Source of the DNA: Planctomycetota bacterium
GTDB lineage: Bacteria; Planctomycetota; B15-G4
NCBI GenBank assembly: GCA_965248575.1
Contig: CBDFJQ010000002.1
Coordinates: 3,840,001-3,904,000 of the forward strand
Length of the DNA stretch: 64,000 bases
Direction of reading: 5' to 3'
The notes below the pieces were generated by a model that saw nothing but the letters and a program-made list of their open reading frames with translations, searched no databases and was not told the origin of the DNA. How positions within the stretch are numbered: position 1 is the first letter of the stretch; each line of letters starts with the position of its first letter. Shown piece by piece: positions 19,309 through 28,997 of the stretch. Position numbers and translations under genes: made by a program.

Positions 19309-21372
19309 ATGCGGATGCTTGCACCCCTCGTCGCTTCACTCTTGCTGACGCCTCTTTGTGTCGGCCAGCTGACGGACATCCAGCCCGGCCGGAATTTCAC
19401 CAATGCCGTGGTGGCCTTTGGCACATCGGGTCGCTCGGAGAACATCGATGTGGGCGATATCGACAACGATGGCGACTACGACGTGGGGGTTGCGAACGGC
19501 GGCGACGGCGCGGTTCAGCTAAATGAGATCTATGTGAACAACGGGAACGCGCAGGGCGGCGTGCAGGGCGTGTTCGAGAATGGCACGCCGACGCGCTTCG
19601 CAGGTTTGCCGGCCGACACGAGCCGCGACATCGAGTTCGCCGACTTCGACGGCGATTCCGACCTCGACGTCTACATCTCCAACCGGGGCAACACCGTGAA
19701 CAACGGTGAGGTGTCACGGGCTCACGTCAACCAGGGTGGTTTCCAGGGTGGCAGCATCGGCTTCTTCTCCGAGGGGACCGATGCCTTCTGGGGCAACCTC
19801 ATCTCGGTGCCGCTCGCTGAAGAAGACGGCGTCCAGGACGGCCAGGGGCCGTTCCGTGACTTCAGCTGCGATTGTGATTTCGCGGACATCGACGATGACG
19901 GTGACCTCGATCTCTTCCACAGCAGCTATGGCCCCAACATCAGCGGCAACCGCGACTCCCGCATCTTCTTGAATGACGGCATGGGGCAGTTCGACGAGAT
20001 GTGGCCCTGGATGGCTGCCGGTGGCGACATCCAGTTGCACACCCTCGACATCGACATGGCCGACTTTGACGGCGACTTTGACCTGGACGTGTTCGCGAGC
20101 AGCCGCAACAGCCAGGCGCGCGTCTGGATCAACCAGCTGGACCTTGCCAGCGGAACCTGGCCGGGCGACGCCTTCGTGGACGTGACCCAGACGGCGCTGG
20201 TGGACACCGGTGCGGGCTTGTCAGGCGGCGCCAACTACGAAGCGGAATTCGCGGACGTGGACGGCGACGGGGACTTCGATGTGTGGGCCAAGAACTACAA
20301 CGGGGTTGCCGACGACATCCTGGAGAACGACGGAAGCGCGACCTTCACGCGCACCACGTGGATCACCGGCGATCCGAACAACGACGAGAACGAGATCGAC
20401 TTCATCGACTACGACAGTGATGGCGACCTCGACGCGTTCCTGGCGAACTTCTCGGGTACCAACTGGATCTACCAGAACGGGTCGGCCCAGGGTTCGATGG
20501 TCATGCCACGCACCGGGACCGCCGGCGCGAACTGGAATGAAACCCCCTCCGCCAACAACAGCGGTACGACCCTCGATGGAGAGGTGGCCGACGTGGACGG
20601 AGATGGCGACCCCGACCTCATGCTGGCCAATGACGGGAACCAGCCGAACCGTCTGTGGATCAACGAGTTGGGCACGCCGGATACCCATGCGCCGACTTTC
20701 CATCAGGTGACTGTCCAAGGCACCAAGACGGATGGCAGCGACACGGTCATCCGCGCGCAGGTCCGGGACAACGCGCCGTACTACATCGTCGACTACTACA
20801 GCGCCAACTTGCTGTACACGGTGAACGGTGGCGTCGAGGTCTGCGTGCAGATGTTCTCGCAGCATGGCCAGCAGTTCCGCGGCGTCATTCCTGGCGGCGT
20901 CAACGGTGCCATCAGCTATCGGGTCGAAGCCACGGATGACGCCGGTAACACCGGCGTTTCTGCGTCAGTGAACTATCTGCAAGCGAGCTCGGGCGCCCCG
21001 CTCTGGGAGAACCTGGGCAGCGGCACGGTGGGTCTGAATGGCTTCGTTCCGTATCTGGCGATGGGTGGTCCGCAGGTGGGCGGTAGCGAGGTGACCTTCT
21101 CCTTGACCGACGCCCGTCCCAACGCCCTGGCGCTGACCTGGCTCGCGTTCACGTCCTCACCGTTCAACGCCATCGGTGGCACCGTGTTCGCGGCACCCTT
21201 TGCGAACCAGATTGCCATCACCACCACGGCGGGTGGCCTGCGCCAAGTGAGCAGCACCTGGCCCGGGGGCTTGCCGGCTGGAGTTGACCACTACTGGCAG
21301 GTGTTCGTGGCGGACGACACGTCCATCCACGGCATCACCATGAGCAACGCCGTGCACGGTGTGACCCCCTGA
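19309..21372 (+). CDS. Secreted FG-GAP/VCBS-repeat beta-propeller with shared C-terminal domain
   Basis: GGAG RBS, signal peptide, seven DxDxDxDxD Ca-binding blade motifs, then an Ig-like segment and the C-terminal domain. Confidence 0.88.
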   Translation: MRMLAPLVASLLLTPLCVGQLTDIQPGRNFTNAVVAFGTSGRSENIDVGDIDNDGDYDVGVANGGDGAVQLNEIYVNNGNAQGGVQGVFENGTPTRFAGLPADTSRDIEFADFDGDSDLDVYISNRGNTVNNGEVSRAHVNQGGFQGGSIGFFSEGTDAFWGNLISVPLAEEDGVQDGQGPFRDFSCDCDFADIDDDGDLDLFHSSYGPNISGNRDSRIFLNDGMGQFDEMWPWMAAGGDIQLHTLDIDMADFDGDFDLDVFASSRNSQARVWINQLDLASGTWPGDAFVDVTQTALVDTGAGLSGGANYEAEFADVDGDGDFDVWAKNYNGVADDILENDGSATFTRTTWITGDPNNDENEIDFIDYDSDGDLDAFLANFSGTNWIYQNGSAQGSMVMPRTGTAGANWNETPSANNSGTTLDGEVADVDGDGDPDLMLANDGNQPNRLWINELGTPDTHAPTFHQVTVQGTKTDGSDTVIRAQVRDNAPYYIVDYYSANLLYTVNGGVEVCVQMFSQHGQQFRGVIPGGVNGAISYRVEATDDAGNTGVSASVNYLQASSGAPLWENLGSGTVGLNGFVPYLAMGGPQVGGSEVTFSLTDARPNALALTWLAFTSSPFNAIGGTVFAAPFANQIAITTTAGGLRQVSSTWPGGLPAGVDHYWQVFVADDTSIHGITMSNAVHGVTP

Positions 21373-21453
21373 CCCCGCACTGAGCGGTCGTCAGCGCGCC
21401 CGTCGGTGAGAGCCCCTCACCGGCGGGCGCGTGTCGTTGAGGGGTGCCACGCC

Positions 21454-24400
21454 TCAGTTGTCGCGCAGGCTTTCCAGATAGGCGATGAGCGCCAGCACCT
21501 CGTCCTTCTCGAAGGTGGACAGCAGTCCCTCCGGCATCGTCGAGATCTGGGAAGGCCGGCGGCGTGCGATCTCGCTCTTGGGGAGCTCCCGCACGGTGCC
21601 CTTGTAGGGGTCGACCTGCACGTCCACCTGGTTTGCGTCTTCGGCCAGGACCCTGCCTGAGAGGACGCCGCCCCCCGTGGTCACGAAGGTCTCGGAGGCA
21701 TAGCCCTCGAGGATCTCGGCAGACGGATCGAGGATGTGGGTGAGCAGGGCTGCGCGATCGTGGCGCAGGACCACTTCGTTCAGAGGCGGTCCCGTCTGCG
21801 GCCGCTGCCCACCTGATGCGCTCGGCGTGTTGTCCACCACGTGGCAGAGCCCACAGGAAGCGACTTCGAACAGCGAGCGACCGCGTTCGGGCAGCTGCTG
21901 ATCCACCCCGTGCAGTTGGTCGGTGAAATCGTCGACGGACCAGAAGGCGACGTAGCTGCGTTGCGCCGCAGCCTTGACGTCCACGGTCGCATCGTCTCCA
22001 CCGTGCGCGACCTCGTCCAGCTCACCGAGCAGCAGCCGCTCTTCCTCTGATTCATCCACCACCTGCATGGTGCCGTTCATGCGCACCCAGTGGCCGGGGA
22101 AGGTGCACACATAGGGGTAGTCCCCAGGAGTCTCAGGTGCCTGGAAAGCCAGGGTCTGCGACTCTCCCGGTTGCAAAAGGCGGGACGCGAAGAGGACTTC
22201 GGCACGATCGGGCACGAAGCTCCGTTCCCACGCTGTCGGCTCCGCGGCCATGTCTTCGGCCGCCAACCCCACTTCGGCGAGGGCACCGGGCACGGTGACC
22301 ACCACGTTGTGGGGCATGATGTCCGTGTTCTCGAAGTGGAGTTCGACGGAACGCCCCGCGACCACAGTGAACTGCGTGCGATCGAAGAGCAGCGCGTCGG
22401 GGACGGGGCGCAGGATGATGCGTGTAGGCCCGAGGCGGCGAGCTGCCACATGCAAGGGGCCCGCGAGGTCGCCGCTCACGTTGGGAGCGATGGCATCGGC
22501 CAGGGCCAGCAGGCGCGGGTCGGCGGCTGCATGCCCCGTCGTCCAGGCCGCTGCGAGTTCCGTGATCAGGCGTTGTGCCAAGGGGTCCACGGCTCCGGCG
22601 GGCCACTCGCTGGCTGGGATTTGCAGCAAGGCGTCGAGCAGGGCCGGCTGCAGGGTCGCGGAACCCCAGTGCCCGAGCAGCAGGGAGACGGCCGCGCTCC
22701 TGCGCACACCGAGGGCGGCGAGGCAGCGTGCGGCGGCGCGCTGCAAGCCCACGTCCAGGGGGGCGAGTTCGTGGCGGGTCGACGGGCGGGGTTGGGGTTG
22801 GTCGAGCGCCTCGAACACCGGGCGTCGAGCGCCATCGAGGATCGTCAGCCGGTACCCGTCGAGCCGCGTACCGAGGTTGCCGTCGGTTCGATTCCAGAGC
22901 TCGACCGCATCCATGCTGCGCTCGCTTCCCAGGTCCAGTTCCCACCAGGGGTCGGGCCGGTTCTCGATGGTGTGGGTCTGGGCTCCGTCGCCCCATGCAC
23001 CCGACGTCTCGCCATCGATGCCGAAGGCGGCCAGTCCACCCCAGTTCGTCGACGATTGCTCTGCGTTGCCACCGAGGGCGACGTTGAGGCCACCCGACCA
23101 GACCTGGACTTCAGCCAGGGTGAGGGTGCGCTCGGGGCCGGGCAGCTGGACACGCACATAGCGGCCCTTGAGGAGAGCGGACGCTGACTCGCTACCTGGA
23201 GTTTCGGCACCTGGATTCATCGACTTCGTCAGGGCAGCGGGCAGCGCCGTCATGAGCGACGCGACCCGCTCGAAGAGCGCTTCCTTGGCTGGGATGTCGT
23301 CCACGAGCGGCAGCGCCTCCAGCAGGTCGATCATGCCCCGGAAGGAGGAGCTGGCCTCAAGCCACGCAGCGTTGGGGTTGGCTTGTTGCTCGAGCCTTGC
23401 TGCCATGGCCAGGCGGCGCGTGCTCGTCCGGCGAGCGTCCTGGCTGAGGGTCTTCAGGGGTGCTTCGAAGGCGGCGAGCTCGTCGGGCGACAGGCTACCC
23501 AGGCTCGCGAACAGCCCCGACAGGAGGTGGTCCACATGGCCCACGTCCCGGGAGTCTGCCTTGAGGACGGCGGCCAGGAACTCCTGGGCGAGAGCTTGGC
23601 CGCTGTGGGCGGAGAGTCGACGCAGCGCGGCGCCGTAGGTTGCAGGGGGCAGACCGTGACGGCTGAGCAGGACCCCGTCCAGGACGAGGCTGGGGGCCGC
23701 ACCTTCGAGTTCCGCTGTGTCCATCTGCCCCAGCGCCCAAGCCAACCCGCGCTCGCTCAGGCCCGGCAGGCGCTCGCCACGAGCCAGCGGTGCGCGCCAA
23801 TGGGGCTCGAGCGCGCGCATGGTCTCGCGAAAGGCGTAGTCCATGAACCGGTCGTCGCCCAGGTGCTCGAGAAACTGCAGCGCGCAGAGCGCCGCTGTGC
23901 GCGAGGGCTCGAAGCTGAGTCCCACGAGCATCTCGGCCTGCACGCGCGCTGGAACCTCCGACAGCAGATCGGAGAGCGTGGCGATGTCCGCGCCCTCCGA
24001 GAGTTGAGGAAACAAGCGCGCGCTGAGCGGGCCCATAGACCGCTGGCTCTGGCGAGCGACGCGGGTGGCTGCGGCCCGTGCTTCCGGCGCCGCGCTGTTG
24101 AGCATGCGATCCAGGAGGGCGCCATCTGTCGCACCCTGTTGCTGCGTGAGCCACAACAGTTCGAGCAGATGATGTTCGTGTTCGGCGTCCGACGATGGCC
24201 TGCCGTCGCCCAGTTTCCGGGCTGCTTCACGAGATGCCTTCAGGACCTCATCGCGGTCCCTGCCGCTGAGCTCGCTGCGCACCTTCGCGCGCACTCGATC
24301 CACGGAGTGGGTCAGGAGCTGCACGAGCTCAGGCACCGTGGCCCCGGCGATGGTCGGCGCTTCGCTGACAGGTTGACCCCTGGCTGAGTAGCGGTAGATG

Positions 24401-26574
24401 CGGCCGTGGGTGTGGTCGCGGCTGGGGTCCCGCAGGTGGTGCTGCATGTGCCCGATGAGCGGCGCCTGCCAGTCGAGAACATAGAGTGCTCCATCGGGGC
24501 CCACCTCGATGTCCACCGGCCGGAAGTTCGGGTCGGAGCTGTGCACGATGGGCTCGACTTCGGTGGCCCCGAAGCCGGAACCCTGGTCTTTCATCTGATA
24601 CTGGAAGATGCCTTGGAAGCCGATCACGTTGGCCACCAGGTAGTTGCCTTGCAGAGCTTCGGGGAAGTGGCGGCTGCTGAGGATCTCGGTGGCGGCTGCG
24701 GGGCGGCTGCGTTGGGCGAAGAAGGTGTCGATGCCCGGCTTCTTGAGCGGCTCGGGAAGCCAGCCGCTCATGGGCAGGGCCCAGTAGTTCTGGTTGCCGG
24801 TGCCGTCTGTGACGAAGTTCTGTCCCCAGCGATCAAAGACGTGGCCGTGAGGGTTGGCGAAGCCGTAGGGAATGAAGCGTTCCACTTGCCAGGTGCGCGG
24901 GTCGAAGCGCCAGACGCAGGCGTCGCGACTGCGCACCGGCCCCCATGCGGACTCCACCTGGCTCTGGTGGAACACACCCTCCTGGAAATAGAACGCACCG
25001 TCCGGTCCGAACACGAAGCTGTTGGCTGAGTGGTGGGTGTCCGCGCTGCCGAGCCCATGCAGCACGCGTTGACGCAGGTCGGCCCGGCCGTCGCCATCCG
25101 TGTCCTTGAGGAACAAGAGGTCGGGCGGGTTGGCCACGAGAACGCCGCCGTTGAAGAACTCGAAGCCTGTGGGGTTGTGCAGATCGTCCGCGAAGGGGGT
25201 TGCGCTGTCGGCGCGCCCATCGCCGTCCGTGTCCTCGAGCACCATGAGCGCATCATTCATGGGTTGCCCGGGTACCCAGTGGGGGTAGGTCGGCCAGGTG
25301 GCCACCCACAGGCGATCGGACGCGTCCCATGCCATCTGCACAGGGTTGGCGAGGGCTGGGAACATCTGCTCGTCTGCGAACAGGTTGGCCGCGAATCCGT
25401 CGTGCAGGGTCATGGCATCGAGGGCTTCCTCCCCCGTCCGGAAGAGATGCGCGCCGTCCTCTCCTGGGCCCGGGCGGTTGGTGACCACCGGCATGAGTTC
25501 AGGGATCGCTGCTTCGGCGATCACCGGCTCGGTCTCACCTCGCGCCAGGGCGTGGATCTGCTCGTCGAGTGCGTTCGCCGAAGCATGCAGCACGTCCAAC
25601 TCGCGTTGCAGGACCTCTCGGTTGGTGACGCCATCCACATAGCTGAGGGTCGACCGGCCCCCGTAGACGTTGTATCCGTCCGTGGCGCGGTAGCGGTTGA
25701 ACCACAGGAGGTTCTTGTCCAGCACGCGCTGGCGCACAGTGGCCAGGCGCCGAGGGGCGAGCAACCGCACCAAGCCCTCGTGGGCGTCTGCTTGCTCCCC
25801 CAAGGGGATCAGGGCCGCCTCGAGGATCTCTGCCAGCCGCTGATTGCCAAGCTCCGTGAGGTGTGTCCCGTTCAGCGTCAAGTCGCTGGCGCTGGCGTCG
25901 CCGAGAGCGCGCTTCCCCGGCGCGAGGGCTTGTCCCGTCCAGCGCGCCGCTGAGCTGGCTTGTGACGCCGCGGCATCGAAGATCGCCTGCATGGGTGTGA
26001 AGAGATCCACGAAGGGCGTCTCGTGTTGGGCGGCGACCTCAGCCATTGCCTGGACAAAGGGAAGCAGGCGTTGGTTGGCTTCGGCCGCGTCCGGGAGCAA
26101 CGGGTCGCGCGTGTCTTCCACGGGGATGGGCGAGCAGAGCACCAGGCGCACAGGCGCGCCGGCCGCGGTGCGGAGCGCACCGAGCTGGGCGATGTACTCC
26201 GCGAGGTCCAGGCGGAACTGCGGGAGATGCTGGGTGCCCCGGAAGGACTCCATGTTTCCGAAGAAGGCCAGCACGACGTCGGACTCGCTGCGCTCCAGCC
26301 ATTGTTGCCACGTGCCGAAGCCGCTGGTGCGTTGTTGCACTGTCAGTTCGTCAGAGGCAAAGCCCAGGTTGCGGACCCGCAGAGCGGATTGCGGCAGCCT
26401 GCACTGGAGGCGTGTCTCCAGCCAACCGTGGTGCTGCATGCGTTCTGCGAGGGCGCTTCCCATCAGGCAGATGGTGTCGCCGGTGGTGAGACGGAAGCCC
26501 TGGAGATTCGTGCTGAGCGTCGGCTCGGGGGCTGCGAGGACCAGGATCAACAGAATCTTGAACGCGACTGACAT
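21454..26574 (-). CDS. PVC-type multidomain heme protein: SGNH-like + dehydrogenase-like propeller + HEAT + F5/8-type lectin + cupredoxin + cytochrome c
   Basis: NPVQMAWD, DTDGDGRAD, FRPVDIEVGPDGALY, PWWELDLG/WNRTD, MPHN...CTFPGHWVRM, CGLCH, STMPEGL. Confidence 0.9.
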   Translation of the reverse strand: MSVAFKILLILVLAAPEPTLSTNLQGFRLTTGDTICLMGSALAERMQHHGWLETRLQCRLPQSALRVRNLGFASDELTVQQRTSGFGTWQQWLERSESDVVLAFFGNMESFRGTQHLPQFRLDLAEYIAQLGALRTAAGAPVRLVLCSPIPVEDTRDPLLPDAAEANQRLLPFVQAMAEVAAQHETPFVDLFTPMQAIFDAAASQASSAARWTGQALAPGKRALGDASASDLTLNGTHLTELGNQRLAEILEAALIPLGEQADAHEGLVRLLAPRRLATVRQRVLDKNLLWFNRYRATDGYNVYGGRSTLSYVDGVTNREVLQRELDVLHASANALDEQIHALARGETEPVIAEAAIPELMPVVTNRPGPGEDGAHLFRTGEEALDAMTLHDGFAANLFADEQMFPALANPVQMAWDASDRLWVATWPTYPHWVPGQPMNDALMVLEDTDGDGRADSATPFADDLHNPTGFEFFNGGVLVANPPDLLFLKDTDGDGRADLRQRVLHGLGSADTHHSANSFVFGPDGAFYFQEGVFHQSQVESAWGPVRSRDACVWRFDPRTWQVERFIPYGFANPHGHVFDRWGQNFVTDGTGNQNYWALPMSGWLPEPLKKPGIDTFFAQRSRPAAATEILSSRHFPEALQGNYLVANVIGFQGIFQYQMKDQGSGFGATEVEPIVHSSDPNFRPVDIEVGPDGALYVLDWQAPLIGHMQHHLRDPSRDHTHGRIYRYSARGQPVSEAPTIAGATVPELVQLLTHSVDRVRAKVRSELSGRDRDEVLKASREAARKLGDGRPSSDAEHEHHLLELLWLTQQQGATDGALLDRMLNSAAPEARAAATRVARQSQRSMGPLSARLFPQLSEGADIATLSDLLSEVPARVQAEMLVGLSFEPSRTAALCALQFLEHLGDDRFMDYAFRETMRALEPHWRAPLARGERLPGLSERGLAWALGQMDTAELEGAAPSLVLDGVLLSRHGLPPATYGAALRRLSAHSGQALAQEFLAAVLKADSRDVGHVDHLLSGLFASLGSLSPDELAAFEAPLKTLSQDARRTSTRRLAMAARLEQQANPNAAWLEASSSFRGMIDLLEALPLVDDIPAKEALFERVASLMTALPAALTKSMNPGAETPGSESASALLKGRYVRVQLPGPERTLTLAEVQVWSGGLNVALGGNAEQSSTNWGGLAAFGIDGETSGAWGDGAQTHTIENRPDPWWELDLGSERSMDAVELWNRTDGNLGTRLDGYRLTILDGARRPVFEALDQPQPRPSTRHELAPLDVGLQRAAARCLAALGVRRSAAVSLLLGHWGSATLQPALLDALLQIPASEWPAGAVDPLAQRLITELAAAWTTGHAAADPRLLALADAIAPNVSGDLAGPLHVAARRLGPTRIILRPVPDALLFDRTQFTVVAGRSVELHFENTDIMPHNVVVTVPGALAEVGLAAEDMAAEPTAWERSFVPDRAEVLFASRLLQPGESQTLAFQAPETPGDYPYVCTFPGHWVRMNGTMQVVDESEEERLLLGELDEVAHGGDDATVDVKAAAQRSYVAFWSVDDFTDQLHGVDQQLPERGRSLFEVASCGLCHVVDNTPSASGGQRPQTGPPLNEVVLRHDRAALLTHILDPSAEILEGYASETFVTTGGGVLSGRVLAEDANQVDVQVDPYKGTVRELPKSEIARRRPSQISTMPEGLLSTFEKDEVLALIAYLESLRDN

Positions 26575-26628
26575 GGGCCGAACTCCCGGGGCGAGGGCAG
26601 GAGGATACCGGCGACAGCTCCGGCTGAC

Positions 26629-28839
26629 CTAAAGCGTTCGGATAGCTTGTCCCACGGCTTCCAGGAGCTGACGCATGTCATACGGCTTCTTGACGAACTG
26701 CGTCAGCGGGTTGCCCTCAATGAGCCTCGACAAGCGCCCGTGGCTGTACCCGCTGGAGATGATGACCGGGAGTTTGGGGAAGCCCTTTCGCAGGGAGCCC
26801 AGGACCTGCTCGCCATCGAGACCGGGCATGAGCAGGTCGAGCAACACGCACTGGATCTGCTGGCCGTGGGTTTCCAGCACCTGGAGTGCTTGCAGCCCGT
26901 CCTCTGCCAGGAGGACTTCATAGCCGGCTTGCTCAAGCAGGGCCTGCGCCGTGAGACGCACCATGTCTTCATCGTCGACGACGAGCACCGTCCCACCAGC
27001 CATCACGCTGTTGGAGGCGGTGGTGCGCTGTTCCGTCGCTTGGCTTCCATCCGGCAGCGCAGGGAAGTAGAGGCGAACCGTGGTTCCCTGGCCGGGGGTG
27101 CTCTCCACCTTAACGGCACCAGTATGGGTGCGCATGATGCCCAGGGTGGCCGCGAGGCCGAGGCCTCGGCCCACGAACTTGGTGCTGAAGAAGGGGTCAA
27201 ACATGTGATGCAGGGTCTTGGCATCCATTCCGCAGCCGCTGTCCTGCAGTTCGAAGACGACGAATCGTCCAGCTAGCAGCGACGCACTCACCGCGGCCGT
27301 GTTCAGTTCGCTGCTTTCACAGTGCTTCGAGAACGTCCGCAAGCGCAGCTCGCTGGGTTCGGGCCCGAGGGACTCGGATGCATTGGTGATCAGGTTCATG
27401 ACCACCTGACGGACCTGGGTGATGTCTGCCCGGATCAGCGGCAGGTCGTGTTCCAAACTGCAGCTCATGCGGCAGTTCTTCGGCAAGGTTGTTTCGAGCA
27501 GGCTCATCATGTCCTGGACGGTCTTCCCGAGGTTCAGCTGCTCGACCTGAACCTCGCCCTGCCCGGAGTAGGCACGCAGCTGCTCACACAGTTCGGCCGC
27601 CCGCTGTGTGATTTCGCACACGGCCTGCAGACGATCCTGCACCGGGGAGTCCGCCGCCACGAGCAGTCTCGCGAGTTCCGTGTTGCCGAGAATGCCTTGC
27701 AGGAGGTTGTTGAAGTCGTGGGCGACGCCACCTGCGAGCAAACCGAGGCTTTCCATCTTCTGCGATTGAGCGAACTTGCTCTCGAGGCGCAGGCTCTCTT
27801 GCGTTGCACGCTGGTGCTCGATATTGGAGATAGCCAACGAGATCAGATCCGCCGCGGAGGCCGCGAAGGACTGCTCCGCAGTCGTCCAGTGGCGCGGTTG
27901 GAGCATGTGCTCATGGGAGAGCACCCCGCGCAAGGTGCCATCCACGCGGATGGGAGCGTCGAGCATGGCCTGGATGTCGATCGAACTGACGTAGTCGTCG
28001 GCAAACTCGCGGGTACGCGGGTCCGTCAGGGCGTTGTCGGCCGCAATGGCGCGCTCCACGTGCAGGGCTGCGAAGTAGTTCGGGTAGTTCTGTTGGCAGG
28101 CTTCGGTCTGGGATGAGTGCTCACCTTGCTCCTTCTGATAGAGCTCAACGCGCGTGAGCACGCCGTCGTCAGTGAAGAGCCAGACTCCTACCCGTTCGAC
28201 GTCGAGGCAATGGGCGCAAGCCTCGGTGACGCGTTCCAGCAAGGCGGGGAGGCCGCCTTCGGCATCGACGCGTGAGAGTGCGAGGTTGAGCAGTACACTC
28301 TGCTGCTTCTGGATGAGTTCTTCGGTGAGCTTCTGCTCCGTGATGTCCGAGGCAATCCCCGCCAGACGCACGACCTCGCCGCTCGCGTCGCGGCAGGGGA
28401 ATGCCCGATCACGGATCCAGCGCACTTGCCCATCCGGGCGCACGATGCGGTACTGCTCGTCGTAGTGCCCGTCGCGCATGTGCATGGCCTGCGCCTGCAT
28501 GCGCTCGAGGTCATCGGGGTGCAGCGAAGAGGCCCAGCCGCAGGGGTCGCGCATGACCTCTTCACGGGAGCGCCCCCAGACCCGTTCGAACGCGGGGCTG
28601 ACGAAAAGCGTTTCGTGCCGATTCGAGCGGAGGATCCAGACCACTTCGGCGATGCCCTGGATCAGGGGCCTGAACTCCCGCTCAAGCCCCGGAAACAGCT
28701 TCGCCAGCAGCTCGTCGCCGAGGGCTTCGTGCTCGAGACCGCTCTCCATCTCAGCGAGACGTGCCCGCAGTTCACTGACCTCTTGCTCGAGGGCGGCTTG
28801 CTCGTCAGGCAGGGACGGGGTGGGTGGTGTCTTGGGCAT
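26629..28839 (-). CDS. Hybrid sensor histidine kinase (PAS-GAF-HisKA-HATPase-REC)
   Basis: YRIVRPDGQVRWI, GGVAHDFNN, MNLITNA, DSGCG, PFFSTK, GLGL, VVDDE, LLDLLMP. Confidence 0.93.
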   Translation of the reverse strand: MPKTPPTPSLPDEQAALEQEVSELRARLAEMESGLEHEALGDELLAKLFPGLEREFRPLIQGIAEVVWILRSNRHETLFVSPAFERVWGRSREEVMRDPCGWASSLHPDDLERMQAQAMHMRDGHYDEQYRIVRPDGQVRWIRDRAFPCRDASGEVVRLAGIASDITEQKLTEELIQKQQSVLLNLALSRVDAEGGLPALLERVTEACAHCLDVERVGVWLFTDDGVLTRVELYQKEQGEHSSQTEACQQNYPNYFAALHVERAIAADNALTDPRTREFADDYVSSIDIQAMLDAPIRVDGTLRGVLSHEHMLQPRHWTTAEQSFAASAADLISLAISNIEHQRATQESLRLESKFAQSQKMESLGLLAGGVAHDFNNLLQGILGNTELARLLVAADSPVQDRLQAVCEITQRAAELCEQLRAYSGQGEVQVEQLNLGKTVQDMMSLLETTLPKNCRMSCSLEHDLPLIRADITQVRQVVMNLITNASESLGPEPSELRLRTFSKHCESSELNTAAVSASLLAGRFVVFELQDSGCGMDAKTLHHMFDPFFSTKFVGRGLGLAATLGIMRTHTGAVKVESTPGQGTTVRLYFPALPDGSQATEQRTTASNSVMAGGTVLVVDDEDMVRLTAQALLEQAGYEVLLAEDGLQALQVLETHGQQIQCVLLDLLMPGLDGEQVLGSLRKGFPKLPVIISSGYSHGRLSRLIEGNPLTQFVKKPYDMRQLLEAVGQAIRTL

Positions 28840-28997
28840 GGAGGGCTGGGTCTCGCTCTCCAAAGGGCGGGTGGGGAAGAGCTGTGAACACCATAACTCC
28901 GAGACTGGCGGTGATGCTGGGATCCTGCACACTGGTCCGGCTTCCGACCGGGGTTTCGCCCGGTGTTCTCGCTCTTCTCCTGGGTCTGTGTTTCAAG

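Noticed and set aside
19441..20640. Recurring GACGGCGAC-like DNA repeats as CRISPR or tandem repeat
   Set aside because: They encode the DxDxDGD protein motifs; there is no constant repeat-spacer structure and no cas gene.
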